From Pirellula staleyi DSM 6068 (GTDB lineage Bacteria > Planctomycetota > Planctomycetia > Pirellulales > Pirellulaceae), in NCBI GenBank assembly GCA_000025185.1, contig CP001848.1:2250001-2282000 (forward strand): a stretch of 32,000 bases of DNA. Direction: 5' to 3'. A model generated the notes under the pieces. It was given only the letters and a program-made list of their open reading frames with translations, did not search any database and had not been told where the DNA came from. Below, one piece after another: positions 10,701 through 17,379 of the stretch. The first letter of the stretch is position 1. Each line of letters starts with the position of its first letter. The position numbers and the translations under genes are program-made.

Positions 10701-13700
10701 GGTCCGGCCCCGATTCCCAAAGCACCTGTGAGCGAAATGTTGCCATCAAAGCCCGCCGTGTTGATATCAGTGGCGGCAGTTCCCGAAAGGATCGAACCAC
10801 CGGCATTCACCGTGACACTGGCGGCGAAGAGCGTGACGGAACCAAAGTTCACGTCGCCACTGGCCACGATGGTGAAGTTGTCGTCCGACGTTGCGACAAA
10901 ACCGCCCAGCGAGGAAAGATCGACATTTCCCGCAACGGCTTCGAGCGAGATGACACTGCCGATTCCACTCGAGGAGAGAAGGATGAATTGATCGAGGTCG
11001 AGATCGCCTGTCGCTTGCTCGTAGTAAACATCTCCTGTGGCACTGAAGCTGAGTTTGCCACTTGGAGCACTGAACTGAATCGCATTTCCCACTTGTCCGA
11101 GGTTCGTTCCCTCGAGCGTGATGGCAGTGAGCACCGAGGTGGCTTCCACGCTAGGACCATTGCCAGTCCGAAGCACATCCCCTGCGGCATCGCCGGAGAA
11201 TGTCACAACGTTAAGTGGACTCGCGTTGGCAAACGTCAAGTCGCCCGTACCACCAGCGCGGACGATCCAGTTGTCGTTAGCCGTGTTATTGTGAATGCCC
11301 GTTAAGCTGTCGATGGTGAAGTTGCCCGCCGAGGTGCCGAGCTGAATGGTGACTCCTGTACCGGCTGCTGAGAGGGTGGTGATTTGATCGGTGGAGAAGT
11401 CGCCACCGTCAGCGTCGAAGTAGATCCCTCCCACTGAGGCAGAGAGGCTGACCGTGCCGCCATTCAGATCGGCGCTCAGCGGTGTTGTTGAGGCGCCGAT
11501 CGACTCCGCAATCACTGCGAGTCGGGGTACGACTAAGTCGCCAGTCGAAACTTCGATATCGGTTCCAGCACCATCGGATGTGACATCGCCAGCGGCGTAG
11601 AGTTCGACGATCTTGGCTTGCAGCACTTCGGTGCCGGTGAAGCTGATATCCGACGATCCACCTTGTGCTCGCAAGATCAGCGTGTCGCTTCCGACAAGGT
11701 CGGTAAAGGGCGTGGTGTCGTCGACCACGATGTTGCCATTTTCCGTCGAGATCTCGATGACCTGATTGGCGGCAGCAGCTTTCACGGTTCCGAATCGTGA
11801 GAAATTCAGAGCACCGCCAAGGTACAGAAAGTTGATCCCTTGCGTGTCGGCCACCATGCTGATGAGCCCCGGCGAAGCAACGGTTGCTTCAATCGCATCG
11901 ACACTGGTGCCGACACCCAAAGCAGCGGTTAGTACGAGGGCATCGCCAGTTCCCGACGTGACGAAATCGACCCCCACACCGTTACTCAAGATGCTGCCAC
12001 CCGCATTGATGCTGATGGTGCCAGCCGTGATGCTGTGAGTCCCGGTGGCAGTGAAGTTTCCACCACTCACCACCGTCCAGTTGTCATTGCCCGACGACGA
12101 AGTACCGAGGGTGATGTGACTGCTGGCCCCCGTGGTCGTAATGCGAATCGCTTGAGCGGAACCCCCTGCGGTGGAGAACGCTCCCAGTCGCAGCGAAGCA
12201 GCTGACGAAATGTTGATGTCACCAGCTGTGCCGGCCCCGGTCGTCGTGGCCGAGATAGTGCCGGTTCCAATCGAAACCGCGATGCGATTGCCCGAGGTGC
12301 CGATAGCAGCGCCTGATGCGAGTACCACATTGCCGTTGGCGGTGGCGGTGTTGATGTCGTTGGTGGCGGTGCCACTGGTGATCGCTCCGGCGGTGGCCGT
12401 CAGGCTGGCAGAGGCTGTTGTGAGCGAGCTGTTTCCTGAGAATGCAATGTTGCCGGTCGTGCTGCTGATCGTCGACGTTCCGGCCCCAGTGTTGATGTTC
12501 GCCCCGATCGTGATCGTGCCGGTATGAGTGAGTTCGATATCGCCACCGGCTGTCGAGATGGTGGCGGTACTGGAGAACTGCACGCCGGTTGTGCGGAAGT
12601 CGCCACCGTTGGTGGCAATCGCAGCAGCAACAGTCACATTTCCGGCGGTAGCATTCCCGTCGTCATTCACACCACCCGATGCATTGGCATTGAGTACCAC
12701 CGTCAGCTGACCGTTGCTGGCAGTAATGGCGTCGTCGATCAGGATGTCGTTAGCGGCATTCAAAGTGAGCGTGGCATTGTTGCCATTCATGTTCACCGTG
12801 AGTGGCGCATCGAGCGTGATGTTGCCGTCTTGCGTGCCACCTGTGCCGGTGTTGATCGTAACGTTCGTCCCGGCGGCGAGTGCTGCCGTGATGGTGGAAA
12901 CGTTGATCTGTGTGTTGTTGGCAGTCGCTGTGAGCACACCGGCCGTTAGGATCGCAGTGCCAGTGTTATTGATCGTGACGTTGTAGGGATCGAGGAGCCA
13001 AGTCCCTGCGAGACCATTCACAGCGCTCGCGCTTGCGGCTCCACCGATGGCCAAGTAGCGTTTGCCCGATGTTTCAATGAAGCCACCATTGCCACCTTCG
13101 GCACCACCGCGCGCGGCGATGTTGTGCGAGCCAGCAACAATTGCTGTGTCATCGGCCCAAACGATCACCTTACCGCCGTCCCCTGACTGGATCGCTGAGG
13201 CGTTGATAGCTGCATCGGCATCCATGTAGGTGAGGTTGGCATTGCGAACGATAGGGTTGCTGCCAAGATAGTCGCCACCAACCAGAACTTCACCACCACC
13301 ACGAGTGCCAGTGGCATCGATCAGTGCACCCGAGAGGAGCGAGACTTCATTGCCTAGCAGTTTGAGCTTGCCACCCACGCCAGCGTCGCTCTTGTCGGAT
13401 ACATCGATGGTTCCCGAGAACAGTAGCTCACCCTCTTGAGCATCGAGTGTGACGTTGCCTGCAGTTGCAGTGATGCTCGAGCTTGCAGTAGCGGTGAGGG
13501 ATTCTGTGGCCGAAAGCGTAATCGGTGCATCGCTGGCTGAAAGGTTTCCGGAGAGCATCAGCCGCTCGGCCGATGCATCGAGCGCGCCAGTTTCGAGTTG
13601 CATCGAGCCATCGAGATGAAGCTCGCCACGCGAGGCTAGAAGCTCGAGTCGATCGGACAATCGGAGCTGAAAATCAGCAGCGCGAAGCGTCGCTCCCTCT

Positions 13701-14587
13701 TGCTGTGCATCGATCGAAAGCGAGGACTCGGGAGCTTGAAACGACACCGTGCGATTGCCCGATGTCGTTGCGTAAGCGAGTTGCTCGAGTCCCTCACTGG
13801 TGGCGCTGTTGGCAGCCGAGTTCGTACCGTAGTAATTCACCACGCTGGCATCGACAAACACAAACGAGCGCGAATCGCTCGTGAGTCGATCGACGATCGG
13901 TTCGAAGTCATCGAGTTCTAGCTGCGCATTAATCGAGGACGATTCACGCGGTCCCGTTACTGAAATCGAAGTGCTGGTGTCGGAGAAAGTGTAAGCAATG
14001 CTGCTGGTGTGCTGCCCGATCAGCTCGAGCGTATCGATGCCACTTCCGCCTTGGAGTGAAATTTCTTTGGCGAGATTTCCCGCGCCACTGAAGGTCTCCG
14101 CGAGGTCGATCGACACGAAGTCGTTGCCCGCGCCTGTGTTGATCTGAATTTGATCGCCGCTGAAGCTGTCGAGCGAGAGAATCAGCCGATTCGTGCCATC
14201 GCCGATCGCACCTTCAATCGTGGTGCTAAAAATTTGCGTGGGATCGTATAGCTCGATCGTTCCTTGAGCAGCATCGATTCGAACTTGCAGCTGATTGTCG
14301 TGTGCGCCCGATGAGTTGTCCTCGACGACAAGGTTGCCACTGGCGTCGATCGAAGCATAGAGGGACGACGGGGTAGTGCTCGAGGTGGTCGAACTCGTTG
14401 GTGTGCTGCTGGGAGTCGTTTGGTTTTGTGGAGCCAGCGCACCGGCACCAGCTGCGTTGAGTACATAGCGGGGCTCGAGCGTGCCAACTTCCAGCTGGGC
14501 GAGGAGGGCTTCGCGAGCGGTATGCGAGCTAGCGCGACGCTTCCGTCGAGGCAGCAGCCTCGAGAACCAGTCGAGAATTGGTCGCAT
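4769..14587 (-). CDS. Giant (3272 aa) secreted or surface beta-helical repeat protein with an N-terminal LEPR-XLL-type motif and a filamentous-haemagglutinin-like GNGGFIETSG...WLLDP element
   Basis: A single uninterrupted ORF in the track. Composition is Gly/Thr/Ser/Asp/Asn/Ile-rich and Cys-free, typical of beta-helix adhesins. N-terminus reads ...LEVGTLEPRYVLNAAG. The segment GDGGKVIVWADD...ARGGAEGGNGGFIETSGKRYLAIGG...GTWLLDPYNVTI covers residues ~470-540, with GNGGFIETSG at 13064-13093. A C-terminal module, LAPGMGEGQAGQIIVVGNATFGPGTEFVFDI...DYDQLQVFGSLDITGNILSLEGG, lies at 5735-6118. Confidence 0.9.
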   Translation of the reverse strand: MRPILDWFSRLLPRRKRRASSHTAREALLAQLEVGTLEPRYVLNAAGAGALAPQNQTTPSSTPTSSTTSSTTPSSLYASIDASGNLVVEDNSSGAHDNQLQVRIDAAQGTIELYDPTQIFSTTIEGAIGDGTNRLILSLDSFSGDQIQINTGAGNDFVSIDLAETFSGAGNLAKEISLQGGSGIDTLELIGQHTSSIAYTFSDTSTSISVTGPRESSSINAQLELDDFEPIVDRLTSDSRSFVFVDASVVNYYGTNSAANSATSEGLEQLAYATTSGNRTVSFQAPESSLSIDAQQEGATLRAADFQLRLSDRLELLASRGELHLDGSMQLETGALDASAERLMLSGNLSASDAPITLSATESLTATASSSITATAGNVTLDAQEGELLFSGTIDVSDKSDAGVGGKLKLLGNEVSLLSGALIDATGTRGGGEVLVGGDYLGSNPIVRNANLTYMDADAAINASAIQSGDGGKVIVWADDTAIVAGSHNIAARGGAEGGNGGFIETSGKRYLAIGGAASASAVNGLAGTWLLDPYNVTINNTGTAILTAGVLTATANNTQINVSTITAALAAGTNVTINTGTGGTQDGNITLDAPLTVNMNGNNATLTLNAANDILIDDAITASNGQLTVVLNANASGGVNDDGNATAGNVTVAAAIATNGGDFRTTGVQFSSTATISTAGGDIELTHTGTITIGANINTGAGTSTISSTTGNIAFSGNSSLTTASASLTATAGAITSGTATNDINTATANGNVVLASGAAIGTSGNRIAVSIGTGTISATTTGAGTAGDINISSAASLRLGAFSTAGGSAQAIRITTTGASSHITLGTSSSGNDNWTVVSGGNFTATGTHSITAGTISINAGGSILSNGVGVDFVTSGTGDALVLTAALGVGTSVDAIEATVASPGLISMVADTQGINFLYLGGALNFSRFGTVKAAAANQVIEISTENGNIVVDDTTPFTDLVGSDTLILRAQGGSSDISFTGTEVLQAKIVELYAAGDVTSDGAGTDIEVSTGDLVVPRLAVIAESIGASTTPLSADLNGGTVSLSASVGGIYFDADGGDFSTDQITTLSAAGTGVTIQLGTSAGNFTIDSLTGIHNNTANDNWIVRAGGTGDLTFANASPLNVVTFSGDAAGDVLRTGNGPSVEATSVLTAITLEGTNLGQVGNAIQFSAPSGKLSFSATGDVYYEQATGDLDLDQFILLSSSGIGSVISLEAVAGNVDLSSLGGFVATSDDNFTIVASGDVNFGSVTLFAASVTVNAGGSILSGTAATDINTAGFDGNISLTGALGIGAGPADSIIVNAGNGVVDLTTSDLTGDISLQSDGVLNLGTISTVAGEQTVNISVPTSSLSFTSAVTTDDNWVVYASGDIQFVGANHTLTVNTLVMTSDSNITTDGQGTDIAVVGTTGGVLILEANNVGADTLPIAISRLSGTQVSFTALDGDIFLNFVDSSLDFSDLQLSTGLPANRTVSIAAAGQITIDDLTNIDVSTNDDNWLLETTGANADILFAAATPLTVLSLDATATGNIYTTATTVSIDATSFNQAITLTGASVGGNPDAGGLALRLDIEAGAFISVESGSDIGISIVDGDFNVSQLTLFSISAAGSTIYLGIENGILTFDDTTGFVDTTDDNWVIEGSSNLLFTGPTLEAASVKITVDGLIEQSFGLDIDTSAFDGDITLITQLGVGVNAPVRIAAGNGIVRATAATSGGINLASLTNFNVGLMTTNAGAVDNINLRTFGGGDDLRFVESSSTNDNWLLSSQGNIELVDDTFLDGNIFFLFATDDVVSGTHDYDLKSTSALQEIEIIAGSIGSTTNLLVLDQAFTGLYAQATVGDLAIEIVAGDITLSTLDLFSAVGVGVNVYLKTRSGDITIDVDSNTSDIFDDNLTFIAEGAGSDIILDIANPLVAASVNLQAGGKLVTSAANPPIDIDTSGTNGDITIFAASGIGEPGDPLKINPGTGVVSLSTSETDGDIFVRSDTQFNLGQISTGADIQTIEVGTLNGDLIISDPSGSNDDWRLIANGNIIFQGDGSLSANTAFLFANNTIYSDTAGIDIDTSASNGAIFISSAYVGTVNQRLEVNAGTGTYEIDSVFDVYLGFYGGDLFTSQFVGLDTNALPVTIDLLVENGDLIVDSAAGFTGTSTSGNWVLTTNTGFDVVFDNTTLQVGSLVVDSGGSILGGSNPGTDIRTTAGGIDLTAAGDIGESGNSLNIDLPNNFTPITAAAGTNVYLESADSLLVDTITTDVGTGTISVATLNPGSTITINSDINSDDNWILNSASDVIFNPAGTLRAVSVSIVADGNIVGNNGAVDIEVLTAGNNLYLEAQNIGTFGTPIDLILGADTQLEVIATGSSVALNMQSGDFHTSQFATLVLQGGTGNILLTTLDGSLYVDSTAGFDSSTNNDFFLLNAIATDADIVFENNTTLLAAQALLNANRNIVSGAALYDVDTSASQGSITLQAGGMIGAQANEFAVNTGSGLTAGLLFVSTSSVGGDIYLESGDTLNIGTLTTNGAESQFIELGGGDVILSNIFTTNDDWELFGSNIIFNNAAMITARSVQISASNAVTSGTGVVDIDVSAPGGSLIVSAITGTADNPLEVNLGDSDLSLYSTGGDSYVNFHGGDLRGSQILALSVTSEDATIQLTALNGDILLDNLDGFQPELFDMNAHLILRAQSQVQGVMSNIDLDGGTLRAGNVTLEAMGSISGNLGGGVDIQTAPDGIVRLVAIGEVDQNYDPVQGGEIGSALNPMILATSGVEAISTGNQYYSASPTLRLLALDAGNSTIFLQSGTFYLDGFTDSTVLSPGVTFGGDGIVKGDLIAPGIVTLAPGMGEGQAGQIIVVGNATFGPGTEFVFDINSPYQIPGRDYDQLQVFGSLDITGNILSLEGGEALQQTISDITLIDMMDPNSQVIGQFVLGEGSIDIDGKVSIGNFSSNIFYTGGSGNDVVLSNISLVPPIQNTNYKAPSLRFIAFSRDFVPIADNDVQPPQLSPVEPPIIEADVDGVAVRKVQVSLLTPIDDEGNFLEEVVLTLDVEWLKNLSALFRRLPDDRYRLYLILEGGEKRRVMDVVIRDGRPFEPEENRDLEPASKFVAPPPMNEGAVPTMEQDSPTELPPTKATSTSPQDVNEPAAEPLPTGPTLQGPTLNAPTTTPLRDATGPAVSPLERSSLDDYSGSSTQYAYVDDSHAYASDFVASETVRESSLGQSDVFAAADANEIAATPIRFVPATAGIAMVLASAGSDGDWQKAVDGAVIAHSRERLSRRGRLQAKRRPAER
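6119..12091 (-). repeat. Array of about 15 degenerate protein-level modules of ~124-137 aa, each opening with an x-D-D-N-W-like motif, inside the giant gene
   Basis: I counted module starts at residues 833 (GNDNW), 966 (GSDTL variant), 1103 (ANDNW), 1234 (SDDNF), 1359, 1492, 1629 (TDDNW/NDDNW), 1753 (TNDNW), 1883 (FDDNL), 2013 (SNDDW), 2143 (TSGNW), 2269 (SDDNW), 2400 (TNNDF), 2532 (TNDDW) and ~2661 (DMNAH variant). Spacings are 133, 137, 131, 125, 133, 137, 124, 130, 130, 130, 126, 131, 132 and ~129 aa. The residue count closes to 3272 when counted from both ends. Confidence 0.75.
14450..14587 (-). other. LEPR-XLL-type N-terminal region of the giant protein
   Basis: MRPILDWFSRLLPRRKRRASSHTAREALLAQLEVGTLEPRYVLNAAG. 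LEPR plus YVL lies at 14453-14479. By eye it matches the motif that names the NCBIfam 'LEPR-XLL domain', which is found at the N-termini of very large repetitive proteins. There is a basic cluster but no long hydrophobic h-region. Confidence 0.6.
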
Positions 14588-15178
14588 AGCAGGAGGCTCC
14601 CATCCGTAAAAGCAGATCGATAGCGGTGACGGTCACCTGCAGGGGTGAGCCGCGGCCACGCGACATGCGTCAGAGTTTGTGCATTTCAACCCTGCATTAT
14701 CGGGGTGGAGTGGTCGCAGTGTCAAACTCATCCGGAGATGCCGGTCGAGCCGAAAAATCCGCTGCCAAATCCATCTCGCGATAACGTCGCAACGTGGTCG
14801 CCCAACCGTGTTCGCTCGGCTGGCCAGTTCCTTCTAAAAATCCATTCAACCTGGCCGAGATTTTGTCGCCAAAAACTGTCTGTTTTGCCTAGCCTTCCAT
14901 TCTCTATCGGCCTTTGATCGCGGCCTCCCGCAACAAGTTTGACGGTGGCGGGAAGTGGGTATGTCGCGGTGTTCCGGCTGTAACGGTCGTGCCGGTCGAG
15001 TGAGGATTGGCTGCTGTGCCGGTCAATCCGGATAGTCTCGGAAGACTTGAGAGACCGGTTAAAGGAGGTCGACAACACTCGTGCGACACCGTTAAACCCT
15101 TCGATCCTCCCAACTGGAAGTGCCTGCATGCCCACTGCCGAATCGCGCCTTCCAAGAAGCTCCGAATGTGCCGCTAAG
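14588..15178. promoter_or_regulatory. Long divergent intergenic region, presumed to hold promoters and leaders for the giant gene (-) and the proline-rich protein gene (+)
   Basis: About 590 nt lie between the two divergent starts. The only ORFs here look spurious. GGGAG sits 14 nt upstream of the giant-gene ATG. No promoter motifs could be called with confidence. Confidence 0.3.
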
Positions 15179-17320
15179 ATGCGCCGTAAGTCGTTTCTGC
15201 AAAATGGCTTGTGCAGTGCAGCAGCAGCTCTGTTGATGGCGGCTCCGTGGCTGGGATGCATGCGAAGCGATAGCCTCGTCGAACACCCGGGAGGAACCCG
15301 TTTGCCGTCCGAGGTGGCGGCGGCGGTCGATCCTTCAAGCGGTGCACCGCAGCTGGCGATGGGGGAAAAACCGGCAGCTCGCGATGCCTCCGGTAAGCTG
15401 GTGCTGCCTAGTGCGCAGTTCACCCCTCTGGCGACTACCACCAACGCGATTGCCCGTGATTCGTCGGTTCCAGAGGCCGTTTCCCCCGCAGCACCGTGGC
15501 AAGCTAGCGAAGTCGACACTTTGGCAAACGCGCAGCCTCCGCGCCCGTCGATCATCCCCCCTCCACCACTTCCGGCCCCATTTGCCAATAGCTGGGTCGG
15601 AACGCCAGTTGCAACTCAGCCTGCTCCTGAACTTGCGCCGCAGACCCATCCCTCGATGGTTTCGACTGCGGCACCAACTCGTCCAGAGCCTGCGCCAGGC
15701 ACCGACTTAGTTTCCTGGCCTGTCGTCGACCGGCTTCCCGAGGTCACCAACGAGCAACCAGCTGAAGAACCTCTGCCAACGATTCGTATTCGCCCGGCAA
15801 CACCGACGCCCAGCGTCGTGCGAGCCGCGCCCCAGCCAAACATTCCGCAGCCGACGATTTCGCGCCTGCCAGCGACGTTTGAAGTTTTGCCTCCGGTTGA
15901 CGAACCGAATCAGCCGCTGCCTGTTATCGCTTTAGCGCCGCGCATGCCAGTTCCGCGCGACGTAGCGAGCGATCGCCCGGCAGCAGTCACTCCGAAGATT
16001 GAGCGACTTGCGCCTCTCGTGGAAGAGCCAGCACGCGCTCCCTTGCCAGCGGTGCCGCGTCAAAACATTGTGCGTCTTCCCGAGCCTGTAGTTCCAGCCG
16101 CTGCTGTGGAGTCCGACCAGCCGCGCGTCCTGAATGCCTATCGTCCGCCAGAGTTCGAAGGACGTAACCAGCGTGTCATCACACCCGAAAAAGTCGAGAT
16201 GATCGATGCGCCGCAAATCAACCTTTCTGCAGGGCCAGCGGTAGCGAGCACGAATGTTCCCGGAAGCTTGCCTCCGATTGTCCATGCTTCTCCACAACCC
16301 GAGCAAAAGTCGTCACGTCGATCAGCAATCGCCGCCGCCTCCCATACGCGGCTGACTCCGAGGAGCGCAACGCCGCAGGCTGCAGCTTTAGGGTCGATGA
16401 CCCCTGAAGTTCGCTCGGTACTGGTTCGTCCTCAAACGATCAAAACCGATTCGGGCGAAGTGATGCTGACGAGCGAAATGTCGCCACGGTCTGTGAGCGT
16501 GCTCGCTTCACGTGTCAGAATCGCGCCACCACCTGCAGGTGAAGAGCGAGTGCTCGAGATTCATCCCGAAGCACCTTCGGAGCGTGCTCCCGACTACGTA
16601 ACCCCTCAAAATTCCATTCCACCAGAACATCCCGCCGCATCGCCAGAAGCAGAAACCTACGACCCCGAAGGGTATGTGGTGCAAGAGGAACTTTTGCCCC
16701 CTCCAACCTCGGGAACGCCGCAGCCACCACCACGAATTACGATCCAGCCACCAGCCTCGAACAATTCCTCGACCGAAAGCGAACTGCTTCCTCCTGCGTC
16801 AGAGCCAGGCTTGCTCGATCCCGATCAAACAACGCAGGCCGATCCGCCCCAGCGTTTCAAACCGCTATCGTCCCTCACTACGAATATCGCGGTTCCGACC
16901 TATCGCACCGTCACGGGGGACGCGCTGCCGATGCCAGCAGACTATGCCACCGAGTTTTTTGCCAACCAAGGTCCCGATTGGCGATCGGAACGTGCTTCGC
17001 GCTATGGCGACTACGTTGTGAATCCTCAAGGACTCGAGTTCTGCTATCAGCCACTCTACTACGAAGAAGTAAACGTCGAGCGCTACGGCCTCACATTCGG
17101 AGTCGCCCAGCCTGTCGTTTCAGCAGCCCAGTTTTACGGCCGCACCGCTGTGCTCCCATTCATGATGGTCACACATCCACCACGCAAGTGTGCCTGCCAT
17201 CCTCACTGGACATTGCCTGGCTATCGCAGCTGCTGGGAAGTGCCCGACTACATGCCACGTCCCGACGCCGCCGCCGTGGAAGCTGCTTTCGTACTGGGGC
17301 TGATTCTGCTCATTCCGTAA
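15179..17320 (+). CDS. Proline-rich envelope protein with a signal-peptide or lipoprotein-like N-terminus and a conserved Cys-containing C-terminal domain ending in a hydrophobic tail
   Basis: The track ORF begins at a TTG (15047). I prefer the ATG at 15179 because it yields MRRKSFLQNGLCSAAAALLMAAPWLGC: a basic n-region, an h-region, then Cys, although the lipobox is imperfect. The central ~550 aa are rich in Pro, Ala, Glu and Val. The last 121 aa (16955-17317) read FFANQGPDW...FCYQPLYYEEVNVERYGLTFGVAQPVVSAAQFYGRTAVLPFMM...CACHPHWTLPGYRSCWEVPDY...AFVLGLILLIP. From memory this resembles a planctomycete-restricted hypothetical family with a (H/Y)xPLYFE(D/E)xNLERYG motif. I cannot name the family. 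Confidence 0.75.
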   Translation: MRRKSFLQNGLCSAAAALLMAAPWLGCMRSDSLVEHPGGTRLPSEVAAAVDPSSGAPQLAMGEKPAARDASGKLVLPSAQFTPLATTTNAIARDSSVPEAVSPAAPWQASEVDTLANAQPPRPSIIPPPPLPAPFANSWVGTPVATQPAPELAPQTHPSMVSTAAPTRPEPAPGTDLVSWPVVDRLPEVTNEQPAEEPLPTIRIRPATPTPSVVRAAPQPNIPQPTISRLPATFEVLPPVDEPNQPLPVIALAPRMPVPRDVASDRPAAVTPKIERLAPLVEEPARAPLPAVPRQNIVRLPEPVVPAAAVESDQPRVLNAYRPPEFEGRNQRVITPEKVEMIDAPQINLSAGPAVASTNVPGSLPPIVHASPQPEQKSSRRSAIAAASHTRLTPRSATPQAAALGSMTPEVRSVLVRPQTIKTDSGEVMLTSEMSPRSVSVLASRVRIAPPPAGEERVLEIHPEAPSERAPDYVTPQNSIPPEHPAASPEAETYDPEGYVVQEELLPPPTSGTPQPPPRITIQPPASNNSSTESELLPPASEPGLLDPDQTTQADPPQRFKPLSSLTTNIAVPTYRTVTGDALPMPADYATEFFANQGPDWRSERASRYGDYVVNPQGLEFCYQPLYYEEVNVERYGLTFGVAQPVVSAAQFYGRTAVLPFMMVTHPPRKCACHPHWTLPGYRSCWEVPDYMPRPDAAAVEAAFVLGLILLIP

Positions 17321-17332
17321 GGCATGGTCTCG

Positions 17333-17370
17333 AAAAAAACTGCGTAATTCTCGGTGAATACGCAGTATTT
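17333..17370. terminator. Intrinsic terminator hairpin between convergent genes; it reads best for the minus-strand operon
   Basis: Stem ACTGCGTA (17339-17346) pairs with TACGCAGT (17359-17366) around a 12-nt loop. A7 (17333-17339) precedes it on the plus strand, which gives a U7 tract after the hairpin on the minus strand. The plus-strand side has only ATTT. It lies 13 nt after the 17320 stop and 14 nt after the 17380 gene end. Confidence 0.6.
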
Positions 17371-17379
17371 GAAGCTAGT

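Noticed and set aside
5564-12986. Many 60-250-aa plus-strand ORFs inside the giant gene, e.g. 5564-6187, 6233-6835, 7190-7723, 8093-8833, 10476-10991
   Set aside because: All are antisense or out of frame relative to one uninterrupted 9.8-kb ORF with a coherent repeat architecture. None has a recognisable motif.
12968-13390. Calling the giant protein a classical two-partner-secretion TpsA because of GDGGKVIVW...GNGGFIETSG...WLLDP
   Set aside because: The element lies at residues ~400-540, not at the N-terminus. I saw no NPNL or NPNGI TPS-domain motifs and no Sec signal, and no TpsB/POTRA gene is in the window. I keep only 'haemagglutinin-like element'. RTX/T1SS was likewise rejected: there are no GGxGxD nonapeptides and no ABC transporter.
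14728-15588. 286-aa minus-strand ORF spanning the intergenic region and the start of the proline-rich gene
   Set aside because: It is Gly/Arg/Ser/Ala-rich and lies antisense to a gene that has a signal peptide and a conserved C-terminal domain. There are no supporting motifs.
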